64,000 bases of DNA from Neolecta irregularis DAH-3 (Eukaryota), in the NCBI GenBank assembly GCA_001929475.1, contig LXFE01000976.1:1-64000 (forward strand). The letters are read 5' to 3'. Under the pieces are notes generated by a model. That model was given only the letters and a program-made list of their open reading frames with translations. It searched no databases and was not told where the DNA came from. The position numbers were made by a program, and so were the translations under genes. How positions within the stretch are numbered: position 1 is the stretch's first letter; each line of letters opens with the position of its first letter. Below are positions 52,759 to 64,000 of the stretch, in pieces.

Positions 52759-53997
52759 AGTGAGGGTTGAGATTATATAGGTTTTCGATGTGGTAAAAAC
52801 TTATTTGGCAGCTCTCGGATTAGCAGAGCAGCCACGGCGAGAAGAGCGGAAAGGGTGATGGGGCGAGTTCAAGAGATTTGAAAACAGTTTGAATGAGCGC
52901 TGGGGCCGGACTACAAGAGTGGATGGAGTGCTGATGAGGGTAGGTGAGGAACAAAAGAAGTCGGGCAATGAGGGTTTTATAGTCTCGGATAGGCGCGAGC
53001 CAATAAAACACGACAGATTTACGGAGCATGTACTAGCAATTGACGTCAGCAGGCATATTAGGGGATGCGCAGCATATAGCATATATTCAGCATATAGGTG
53101 GACACTGCCACTGAACTGAAATAATATGGGAGCAGTATATATGCACGGCATTATCCAACCAGCAGGCAGCGAGCAAGCACTCGCCTCACAATGTTTGAAT
53201 ACCTCTAGTGCTATCGAATTCATCTATTAGTACTCTTAGATTGTCTGCAATCATTCCATTCACGGTCTAGCGCTCATTATCCTCGCCTCACCCATTGCAC
53301 TCGCCTATTTAAGTACTGCCTGGTACTAATTGTACTCTTCTATTGAGTAATTAATACTACCTAGCACCAACTATACCCCCCTGGCGAGTGTATCCAGCAA
53401 CATTGTATTCAACTCGTTAGTACTGTCAGCACTCATTGCACTTGCTTGTCAAATGTTGTCTAGCATCAATTATACTCATCTGTTTAAAATTGTCCAGTAA
53501 TTCAACATTGCACAAAGCAACTCCTTGGTTTTTCTTTTGTGCCAGCTGCCTCATTGGGCAGCTATGCGACTTTGTCTCTGATCACTCCCACCAACTTACT
53601 CAGCTTCTTTTGCATTCTATGCCCACCGTGTCCTCGACGGTCTCGCTGATTTTTTGTCTGCATTTTCTGCCTCCTACTCTTACTCTTCGCGCTAATCACC
53701 ATCGATCGCCACTTAGCTAAAGGTCTGGGACCAAACAGCTAATCATCCTCATATTACCCCTTTTTCTCCGCCAATTCCTTGTTATTGCGCTATTTCCTCC
53801 CTTCTTGCCCTTTCTTCGTTCATTGCATTCCTTCTCTCATCCTGGGGATTGTCCGATTCTCCGTCGGTCAATTAAACTTGTCGCCTCGCCATCCTTGTGT
53901 TCCCTCGGCTATCTCGGTCCCCTCACTGTCCTCCCCGTGCTCGGTCCTTTCGTTTTGCGATCCCTACATTCCTTCCGCTCGTGCAATAAATTTGTCC

Positions 53998-56026
53998 ATG
54001 ATGGCCCTAGATAATTCCTCCAGAGTCAGTCATATCCTGCCCATTGTCACCTGCAGTTCTTGTGCCGCCGAGGTCGAACTCTCTATGATGGGGGATCATG
54101 TCTGCACACCTTGTGATTCGCCTCTCTTAATCTAGCTAATGTTGATAGTGCCTCCTATTCACGTTTCAGGAAATGCACTACCCGGTCACCAACATCAACG
54201 CCCAACCATTCGTAACCCTTCTTTCTGTACGCCTTTTCCTTTGTCCTCTTTTTCTGACTTTCTAGCTTCTTATGATTCAAACCATCCATCTAATGCTCGT
54301 ACTCCTAACACTCCGCCTAACGAACGATTTCCTTATCAATATCATCAGCAACCGGTGGCCCCAATGCAAAATTCACACTATCCTAACTTACGAAAAGAGA
54401 ATAGTCAGACCTCTAATTATAATACTAATGACCAACAGCTTGGAACGGGTCGCTTTTCAAGTGCATCTTCGACCAGCAGTATTCTTAAACAGGATCCGCG
54501 ATTTCCTGCACCACAACGTTCGATACACGACTTGCTTCAACGACAACTTCCTGGAGATAAGTGGGAGCTCGCTCCACCGAACGAATACGATCGTCTGACT
54601 GGAGATAGTGACGACGATGACATCCATCCTGGTGCCCGAAAACACCCTCGATCTCACAAAGTTCGAGGTTCACCTGCTCCACCAGTCTTTATCGAGAATG
54701 GCGTCAGAGACGATCCCTATAGTTCTCTTCGTTCGCAAGAAGCCCCTGCCCGTCCCAGGACGGGAGATCAACATATCCGTCCAATGCATTCTCAGACCCA
54801 GCGAGGATTCCCAATACAATGGGCCCGAGGGCCTCAGAATTACCGTGATCCGCCTCTGCAAGAAAATGGCAGACCACCGCCTCAAGCATATTCTAACAAA
54901 CCTCATCAACAACGACCAATGACTTCGGATCGCAGATATGATTCCCCTCAACCACATGACATACTACCAAATGGGCAGAACCGCGAATCAAACAGCTCCG
55001 CGATGTCATACCGGTCAGAGGGCGTAAGAGCACCACGACATCCCTCCCTACACGAATCAGCGCCCAGAACAGCCTGTGGCTACCACGAAAGTCGACCAGG
55101 CTATCAGAATGATGCTAGCGACCGTCATCTAATGAATTGGGCTCGTCGTGATGAAGCAGCTCGAGGGCAAGCCTCTTCCACATCCAGCAAACGAACCGCA
55201 AGAACACCGCCTCAGCATCGACGTTTTCCTTCACGGCCCCCCCATGAATATCATTTTGAGAAGAAGTATAGTCGCGGATCCAGTGTTACTTCTGGTAGCG
55301 GATCTATGGCTAGCGATTATCTGGCGAATTCGAGTGCTGCTTCAAGTAGGCTACCTCACCAACTCATACTGATTATATAGGTCCCCCCATATCCAATATT
55401 TCATCAACTGCTCCACGCACAAAATTGCAACAGCCTCCTATCGATCGGGGCTTTAATAACATCCTCCAAGACATTGAATCCCAAATGGCACAACTGCAAC
55501 CTTCTCCGTTCAGTCCCGACCAAACCTCCATTTCAACCCACAAGAGAGGAACAGACACTCATTGTAGAGCATGTGGAAAAGCCGTGCAAGGAAAGGGCTT
55601 GACCTCATCAGATGGGAAGCTCTCTGGAAAATATCATAAAGAATGTTTCCGCTGTCTAGCCTGCCACGCTTCTTTCCCTAACTTCGAATTCTATATTTAT
55701 AAAGATAACCCATACTGTTCATTCGATTACCACAAACTCAATGGTTCCATATGTCTGACCTGTGGCCAGGGTATCGAAGGGACCTGTCTACAAATCGAAG
55801 GCGGTGAAAGACATCACCCTATTTGTTTCACTTGTTCCGTATCCCCCCATCTTATTCGTGGATGAAAAGTTGACTGTCTTAGGAATGCGGGTCCACACTT
55901 GATCAGGACTATTTTGACATAAGCGGACGACCTTATTGTGAACGACATGCAATGCGTTTGGCAAAAATGGATATTAAATCAAACCTCCACATGGAACGGA
56001 GAAGAACCAGAATAATGATGATGTAA
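53998..56026 (+). CDS. LIM-domain protein, Pxl1/paxillin-like
   Basis: N-terminal CSSC…DHVC motif; disordered middle; two C-terminal LIM domains (CRAC…YHKECFRCLAC…YC..DY; CLTC…HPICFTC); ends ERRRTRIMMM. Confidence 0.85.
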
Positions 56027-56282
56027 CCCTCCCACATCATTTTTGTCATTCTTTGATGTTGTATTTGATTTCGCCATACTTGCCCCTTCTTTCTTTTCAT
56101 TTCTGGGGAAGGATAGTTTGGTTTGGCATGTACATTTGTTTTTTTTCTTCTTTTTTATGTTGTGCCATTTGAGGGTATCGGGCTTTTAATTAGGCTTCCT
56201 TCATCGTTTGATATTTAAAGAAATAAGAGAAAATTGTTTGATATCATCACATTCTATATTATACATCCCATATGCTATAGCT

Positions 56283-58079
56283 CTAAAACTTAATTTTGGT
56301 TGCTTTTACGGTGTCGTCGATATCCTTAAAATGCGCTCCATACGCTGAATGTTCCTTCTTCTTGACGTGGGTACCGAATTTCGTCAGTTCTTCAGGGACC
56401 TGGATGGGTAAGTCATAGCCAACATAAAATAAAGGTACATGTTGCCCGGCTCGTTTCAAGACGTTTACGAGATTCCCAGAATGGCCTTTATCTTGTGAAG
56501 TGAACAAGGTAATGGCCCTTCCCTTCGCCCCTGCTCTACCTGTCCGACCGATTCGGTGCACATAATCTTCAATGGTCAGTGGGAACGTCAAGTTTATGAC
56601 AATTTCGACTTTGGGGATATCGAGACCTCGAGCAGCGACATCTGTTGCAATCAATAGGGGTGTTTTTCCGCTTTTAAAATCTTCAAGCGTTTGCGTTCGT
56701 TGAGCCTGGGATAAATCTCCGTGAATAGCCTTTGCATTGAACCCTTTTCTCTGGAGATTCATTTCGACTCGGCTTGCTTCTTTCTTGTACAATGCAAAGA
56801 CAATGATTCGATCGTCTTTTCTCGTCCCGGATTGATGTTCTTTGAGCAATTGATATAACCGATGTTCTTTATCTCGTGGATCTTCAATGACTTCAACTAT
56901 CTGAGTAACGTTTTGCGAAGCTGCCAAATCGTCGCTGCCAATTGTAATTTTCACGGGATCAACCATAAATTCATCAGCTAATCTGCGAATACTTTCAGGC
57001 CATGTAGCACTCGTCATCACCGTCTGTCGTTTTTCTCGGCTAGGACAATTTCGAATGATACGCTTGATTTCTACTTCGAATCCCGTATCCAACATTCGAT
57101 CCGCCTCGTCAAGGATGAGGAAACTGATTTTACTCATATCCGCTGCTCCTTCTTCGATGAGATCGTTGATTCGACCTGGTGTACCCACGATGATATTCGC
57201 TTTTAACAAGTTCCTGCGTTGAGCGTCTTTCGCGACTCCGCCGTAAAGACAAACACTACGAACGCCTACTTTTTCTCCAAGTTGAGTGAGAGCTTCGTGA
57301 GTCTGCATAGCGAGCTCCCTCGTCGGTGAAAGTACAAGGACACTGACGCCTTCTAATTCGTTGAGGAGAATATGGTTAATTGCAGGGAGACCGAAAGCCA
57401 TTGTCTTTCCGGATCCTGTCTCGGCGATTCCAACGAGATCGGTTCCTGAGAGGAGATATGGCCACGATGCAGACTGAATGGGTGTAGGTTTTTTGTAGTT
57501 TGACAGACCAGCTGATAGTAATGGAGCTACAGAGAGATGCTCAAAAGAAAGAATAGGTGTGAGTTCAGATTTCGCAGCGACTTGGATTATGTGCTTCTTG
57601 AAAAATTCGTCAATCTCGAGGTTTGATACACTAGCAAGAGAGGACTGTTGAATGTAACTGGAAGAAATTCGTGTGCTTGATACTACTGTCGTAGAAGTCT
57701 TTCTCTCCTGTGGATCAGACATTTCTTTAGCCTCTTGGGCTGCTTCCGAAGCTTTCCTTGCAGCTTTTAACTGAGCTCTTTCCTCGTAGATTTCCTTCAT
57801 TCGAGGACCACCATTATTCAATTCTTCTTCGAAATTTTTTTTCGCAGCCTTCTTTGCATCTCTCTCTGCTTTCTTTGCAGCTTTGGTTGCTTTTTTTTCT
57901 TCTTTACTTACCCCGTTGGCTGCATCCGATGTGATCTTAAATTTTGCTTTCAATGCATTTTTCTCTGCCTTACGTTCGCTTTTCGTAGTCATATCTTCGT
58001 GTTCGACCTTTGTTTTCTTGCGTGTCCCATCCGTTGAACGGACTTTCCGTTTTTTGGACGTGGCTTCACTTGTTGTCAT
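56283..58079 (-). CDS. DBP3: DEAD-box RNA helicase Dbp3 (39-nt intron 56400-56438)
   Basis: Lys-rich N-terminus; AETGSGKT, PTRELA, DEAD, SAT, FALYKKEA.RVE, HRIGRTGR, VKKKEHSAYGA. Confidence 0.95.
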   Translation of the reverse strand: MTTSEATSKKRKVRSTDGTRKKTKVEHEDMTTKSERKAEKNALKAKFKITSDAANGVSKEEKKATKAAKKAERDAKKAAKKNFEEELNNGGPRMKEIYEERAQLKAARKASEAAQEAKEMSDPQERKTSTTVVSSTRISSSYIQQSSLASVSNLEIDEFFKKHIIQVAAKSELTPILSFEHLSVAPLLSAGLSNYKKPTPIQSASWPYLLSGTDLVGIAETGSGKTMAFGLPAINHILLNELEGVSVLVLSPTRELAMQTHEALTQLGEKVGVRSVCLYGGVAKDAQRRNLLKANIIVGTPGRINDLIEEGAADMSKISFLILDEADRMLDTGFEVEIKRIIRNCPSREKRQTVMTSATWPESIRRLADEFMVDPVKITIGSDDLAASQNVTQIVEVIEDPRDKEHRLYQLLKEHQSGTRKDDRIIVFALYKKEASRVEMNLQRKGFNAKAIHGDLSQAQRTQTLEDFKSGKTPLLIATDVAARGLDIPKVEIVINLTFPLTIEDYVHRIGRTGRAGAKGRAITLFTSQDKGHSGNLVNVLKRAGQHVPLFYVGYDLPIQVPEELTKFGTHVKKKEHSAYGAHFKDIDDTVKATKIKF

Positions 58080-58276
58080 TTACGGTGGTTCGTCCGATAA
58101 GGAAAAATTTCCAGAATTCCACAAATAGCAGACCCGAATTCTGTCAAATAAAATTCAATCATCACTACAGCTATTGCGCTTGCCAATAGTCTCTTGTAAA
58201 ATTATATAGAAAATATCGCTTTAACCCCGAAAAAACAACTTCATAGACACAAAATATCCAGTTTTTGATGGACCCT

Positions 58277-59696
58277 CTATGAATCTACTTTCACGACAGC
58301 TGACTGTGGCACGGCGGTATTCGAGATCATCAAATACAATAAATCCGGTGTTGTATCGCCGTACTTGCTCTGCCCTTTCAAAAAGAGTTCTTCATTGCCA
58401 TCTTCATCGACATCTGTTATCGGCTTTTCGGACAATTTGCGGTTGGTTACAAATATGGCATCATTCACTCCTTCCAGTTTCTTCGTGATAGATGGGGGAA
58501 CATTAGGAATTTTTGACGGAGGCGGTTTTTTTCGAATGACTTCTTCAGTGATTCCAAATCCTTCGTCTCCAGGCCGTCGCAAGACGAAATATTCGTCCAC
58601 CCAATCATAGATATCTTGAATTGTCTTTCGCGTACTAATGTGCGATTTTTCTTCTTGTTAGTGTTTGTTTTCAGGGCACTCTGCCACCTCTCTTGAGAAT
58701 CATCTTGTCCATCATACTCATAAGATGAAACTTGAGTTCGCCAAGACTTGCATTATTGGCTTTGGAAAAGTTTATGTAGTGTTCAACGGCGCTCCATGGC
58801 GGATTCTTGTAACCAGCATATAACGCAGGATTATCGAGAAGCGCTCGCGCTGACATTACGCCTAGGGTCGGCACTTCTTGTGAGGAGTATTATACCATCA
58901 CAACCAGTATACTTGGCTATTCTCAATGCATCTTCGAGCGAGTCGACATCCCCATTAGCAACCACTGGGATCGAGACACTTTCTTTAACAATCTTGATAG
59001 CATCGAGATCAACCGGAACAGATGACCGTGTATTTTTCGTTCTTCCATGGACAGTAATGTAATCAGTTCCAGCGGCTTCTAGTTGTTTAACAAATTCAAC
59101 CGTAAGTCTACAGCATCAGTTCAAAGATCGCAAACTGCCATGCTTCAAATCGCTATGCACTCGAATCTTGACACTCATGCACATTCCAGGAACAGCCTTT
59201 TTGACTTCTTTGACCATATCACAAACGAACTGGGGTTCGCTCATCAAGTGCGCACCGACACCACTCTGACAAGCCCAGCTCTGAGGACATCCACAGTTTA
59301 AATCGATACCGTCAACAAACTCCTTGATTCGAAGGGCTGATTTTGCGAGTTTGACGGGATCGTTTGTGGCAAACTGGGCAATTACCGGTCGATCTGCTGC
59401 GTTTGTTGTGAATTCTTCAAATGGCGGACGGACCAGATATCCATCGCAGACCATCATTGGCGTGTAGGTTATATCGGTAGCAAAATTCGATACTAGATTT
59501 CGAAACTGTCTATTTAGATAAATAAAAAGGTCGTTCATACCGCCAGCTTCGAATACCGCACCATTGGAGCTGCAAAAAACGCAGGTCTACCTTCATTTCG
59601 TGCTTTTTCAAATATCTTTAATGGATGGTGGTCGGGATTTCGTGGTGGACATTCCGGTTGTAAATATTCATGGTCTTCTAATTCTGCTCGAGTCAT
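58277..59696 (-). CDS. DUS4: tRNA-dihydrouridine(20a/20b) synthase, Dus4-like; 3' end approximate
   Basis: APMVRYSKL.FR, YTPM, DLNCGCPQ.W, SVKIRVH, ITVHGRT, ANGD, GVMSARALL.NPALY. Confidence 0.88.
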
Positions 59697-59766
59697 GATA
59701 GTTGGAGTCACAGAAAACTTTTTCGACTGACTACCAAACTTTATTTTCGCAGATCTGAGTAGTAGC

Positions 59767-60802
59767 ATGCCACTCTTGGTGGTTACTGGATATCCATCCT
59801 CAGGGAAAACAACGCGGGCAGAACAGATTAGAGAGGATCTAGTAAGACGGATTGTGGGATCGAAGGAGGATAGAGAGAGGAAGTTGAAAGTTCATATTGT
59901 TAACGATGATATCCTCAAAATTCCAAAGGACGTTTATAGAAGTATTGTTTACCTGACGATTAAGCTAATGGACCTTTGCAGAAGCGAAGCTTGAGAAAGC
60001 CGCGAGAGGGTCTCTGATGTCATCAACTGGTCGATTACTTACAAAAGACGACATCGTTATATGTGATGGATTGAACTATATAAAAGGCTTTCGATATCAA
60101 TTGTACTGCGAGTCAAAAGCCCTCGAAACACCTCATTGCGTAGTAAGTCAATAGTTGCTCTTGAGCTTTACTTATCTCAAGGTCCATGTTGGAGTACCAA
60201 AAGAAGTATGTGAAGAGTGGAACAGGTCAAGAGGAGACGAAGGCTACCCCGAAGACATGCATGTCCAGAACCGAAAACAAGGACTTATCTGGTAGATTCA
60301 ATGAATTGTTAATGCGGTACGAAGAACCTAATTCAGCAGTACGGTGGGATTCACCATTGTTCACTGTCTTACACATCGACGATCACCCGCCGTACGATGC
60401 TTTATGGGATGCATTAGTACACGCTAAAGTCAAACCTCAGAATGCAGCTACTGTTCTAGTATGTCAATTATTGCTGAAACATTCCTGACAGAATCGAAAC
60501 CTGCTGCTGCAACAGATTACTTGTACGAACTCGACAAAACGTCTCAGGAAATTGTAGATCTAATTATAGAACGACAAGCCATCAATGCTGGTGGGGAAGT
60601 TTTGGTGGAGGGTATGGTAAGAATCCTCAGTTTTAAAAATAGTTAATTGGTATAGATATTACAGCTGCCTGCGCGTAACATTCCTCTGCCCCAACTACAG
60701 CGTTATCGTCGTCAGTTCATATCTTTAAACCGTATGCATTCGTTTGAGAAGAAGAGAATTAAGGAATTATTTGTAAATTTTCTAAATACCCAGTTTGAGT
60801 AA
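59767..60802 (+). CDS. KTI12: Elongator cofactor Kti12
   Basis: MPLLVVTGYPSSGKTTRA; DGLNYIKGFRYQLYCE; RYEEPN…RWDSPLF; LYELDK; LQR.RRQFI.LN. Confidence 0.96.
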
Positions 60803-60829
60803 ATTCTTTATAATTTTACACGTTTACAT

Positions 60830-61365
60830 GTGAGTAATGTTGAAAACCTGCGCATAAATATAGTCAAACCTCCTGAATGTGGTCTTTGAATGAATGCCTT
60901 TTCCCACGATTCTACAATATCAACACATCAACACAAGATCGTACATATGCAAATGATCGTCTCCTCTTGATTTGCATAGCTGCACTCTTTCCTCAACTTT
61001 TGCTTTTGCTTTCTCCACGTAAAGACCGTGAAGATCAATTTCTTCCCACTGACTATATTCGTTGTTGTGTCGAAATACATAATCTGCTGCTTGTTGATTC
61101 AAGCTTCCCATCTTTCGCCCATGTGCTTTTCCCTGTTCGCTCAGTTCATGAGCCCGCGCTCTGTCTCCATTTCTATATGCCACTTGCGATTGGGAAAAAC
61201 ATTGACTTCGTAAATCACCTTCTTTATGCGCGAGGTCTCGGATTCGTTTATACTGAATATTATAGACGTCTAAAGCTAATCGCGCAATTCGGCATCATCG
61301 GTATGATCTTGAAAATCGGGCGACGCCAGTCGGTGTGGTAGAGATTGAGGCTGTGAATGTTGCAT
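60830..61365 (-). pseudogene. DUF1771 plus Smr-domain gene, apparently decayed
   Basis: YKRIRDLAH…SQVAYRNGD…IDLHGLYV…IVGKGIHS; intron 1 donor reads TT; frameshift after IHS; C-terminal part absent. Confidence 0.7.
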
Positions 61366-62297
61366 GTGTACCTATGGAATCGTACCAACAAATCTGTGAC
61401 CGTCCTCCCCCAACCTCACCACCACCTATGCAACTCACCACTACCTCACTACCACCAGCTGCTAGCCATCTACGCAATGCAAGTAACCTTGAATTCCAAA
61501 ACTAATCAAGAGTAATATACAAATTTCCTTCCATAATACACCTACTACCTCGCCAGTCTTTCTTTAGTAATCCCATATACCCACTTATTAACCTCATTGT
61601 AAGTCTTATCTATACCACCATGGCATATACAGGTGTGACTTTTCAATATATAAATATGCATCAGAAGTAGAAACAGCCCTTCTATCCTCAGTGAGTTGGT
61701 GTGGTGGCGGTGGTTATTTCCCTTTACGTTTCGTGTATTTTACATTTCGTGCGGAACACATCAGTTACTTGATGAATAATATAAGCATATAGCATTGAAA
61801 ATAGAACATCCAAGGCTGTCTCCACTTATGTCCCACTTGTGGTACGAAAATGATATAATAATAGTTTGGATGATTTTATAAAAGGGTTACTTGTTTGGTT
61901 GTTCCTTTGGTCAGAGTCTAAGTTCTATAACCGATGCGGCTATTTCTGTTTCCAAGTAGACGGGTAGGTGCTTGCTTGTAGGACTGGCCAATAATGCTCA
62001 ATTCATCCCGCAAAGGAATCTAACAATCTGTTTTCTTTGTAATTGGGCAGAGATGACAGGAAAGGTGGTAATACAAACATCCTGACTGATAACTGACAAT
62101 TAACTGTGGGATCGTTCATAAAGCAGTTTGAACAATAACGTTCCTAACGCTAGCTTGCTTATACTATCATCACGCATTCTTCTTGACAGGTATTGAGAAT
62201 CCGAAGGAGCAGATAGAATTGCGCCACAAGTTAACTCCACAAGAACAAAGCAGTAGAGTGTTTAAACAATCATAAAACACTTGAGATACTATATAAA

Positions 62298-64000
62298 TCA
62301 CATCCACCACATAAGATTGACAAGCTTATCTGAGATCTTCTTCAAAGGCGCAGGTTCATGATCTCCAGAGGCTCCGCTGTTGATACTCTGGGTCTCTGAA
62401 TGATGCTGTAAGAGAAGTGAACCTTGATTGCCAATAACATGAGCATGGTAAATCGGAGTTACTGTGGTCAGTAAATGTGCGTCGGTAGTTGACACACAAA
62501 TAGAAACAGATGTAGTAGATCGGCCAAACGTATGGCACATGGCAAAAATTGCATTTTGAAGAGGTTCTGCCTTGAACCCATTTTCATCTTTGATAACATC
62601 TGTATTTGTGAGTCAAGTCCTGCATCTAGAGAGCATGCTGTAGTAAGTTGGTCGCGCGGTGCCTTGAATGGCAGTATGAGAGTTCAAAACTTGTGAAAGA
62701 TCAGTAGTAGTTAACATAAGAACTCACAGAAATCGAAATCCACGGGATGCGTGACGACTTTCTCAATTAAAGTCCCTGGGACAAGATTTCCATTCCTATC
62801 GGCTGCTTCGGAAGAGACAGGGAAAAACCTGGTATGATGACGCTGATGGATTAGTGTAAATAGAGCTCAGGATAATTACTTTGGTCGCAATAACAACAGT
62901 AATCCTTGGTCGAGAAATTTTCAGTTGCGTACATGCATCTTTATCATTGTCATCATTAGAAGTATAGGTATGAACCTTCAATGTCTTTGACCTCAATAGC
63001 ATTAACTTGCGCATATTGGCCGTCGGAAACACCATCTCGGAAATAAACAATTCTTTGAGGATGTTTTTTGTTTGAAATGATCCATTGCTGTATAATTTCC
63101 TTGGCCATGTCTAAATCTTTAGCTTAATTGGAGATAAACGAAACTCTTCATGTCGGCGATCATTTCCTGTCGTGATGTCTGAGTTCCAACACGGCCAACC
63201 CATTTACAGGTCGCAAAATCGATGCATCCAACAACACTAGGGAGAGAAGACTGCTGACTACCAGGAGCAGCTATTGCATAAGAACGCAAATAGAGTTTAA
63301 AGAAATTTACCGTGCGAGACATCCGCGCCAAGAACAAGCTACTAGATCAGCATTATAAAAACTCTTAATCTCACGGTAGGTTTATCTGCGAACGGAGTAT
63401 TTGCAACCGGAAGCTTATTGTTAATACCTCCAAGTTTCTGGTTGACTTTCATGATAACGTTTCGGCAGAGATTGGGTCGGGCCTATTGCTAAATCTAGTT
63501 CTAATTGGATTACATACATCGCATAAATTTTTAGCAGTAATCACTTGCGAAGTAATCCCAGCTGTATAAAATATGCTTTTTACGAACGGATATAGTTGAC
63601 TATTCTTGTCTTCGACAATGATAAATACCATCCCAATTGGTTTTCCGCTCTTCTTCTGAGTATTAACGAGGAAACTCTTCACATCTTGTGCGAGATCAGC
63701 GACTGCAGGATTGAGCGTAGTGAATGCAGGCGGCGCTGTTCCAAATGACATACCTTAAGTTAATACTGAGTCAAGAGAATTACAACCTGCGTGCGAGGCA
63801 GAATTGGTAAGTTGGTCAACAAAAGGCTTCGCATCTTCATATCCTCTAATTCTTCGGGCATAGGATATAATTGCCCAGCTTAAGACAGATTTAGGCTAAT
63901 TCGTGAGATTCTACCGTAGCGGAAAGACAAGTACCTCGATAAAGGACAAATCTTGCTGTTCTCTATCCCATTTCCCGAAAATAGGCTTGAAGATATGGGA
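62298..64000 (-). CDS. AGO1: Argonaute (MID and PIWI domains); 5' part lies outside the window
   Basis: KVNQKLGGIN, LGADVSH, RQEMI, YFRDGVSDGQ, KRHHTRFFP, GTARPT, PIYHAH, C-terminal MWWM. Confidence 0.95.

Noticed and set aside
52801..53720. ORFs of 69-140 aa between INO1 and the LIM gene
   Set aside because: Composition fits pyrimidine-rich UTR/promoter sequence; no motifs

Overview
This is a compact, intron-rich ascomycete fungal chromosome segment with introns of about 30-45 nt. Gene style suggests a Taphrinomycotina such as Neolecta; that assignment is inference. About 20 recognisable conserved genes are present: COPI-epsilon, PYP1-like HAD phosphatase, GCV1, PSD2, VPS23, CDC14, a double-domain GST-kappa/DsbA protein, class III ADH, PGC1-like GDPD, ARP2, a CFEM protein, a Yox1-like homeodomain, PCC1, NHP2, GDE1, RPL22, MCM4, a RasGEF, a DUF202 protein, INO1, a Pxl1-like LIM protein, DBP3, DUS4, KTI12 and the 3' half of an Argonaute. 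Less ordinary content: (1) a gene-poor interval (~26.2-35.5 kb) with two orphan genes sharing an unnamed C-terminal Cys/His domain, one also carrying a Zn2Cys6 pattern; (2) a tandem pair of 12-Cys GPI-type proteins; (3) at least seven GC-AG introns and many stop-free 3n introns; (4) tight head-to-head pairs of RNA-modification genes; (5) a decayed Smr-domain gene, a pogo-like MITE and five minisatellites in the first 2.3 kb. Exon boundaries were read by eye. No database searches were run, so every novelty claim needs checking.
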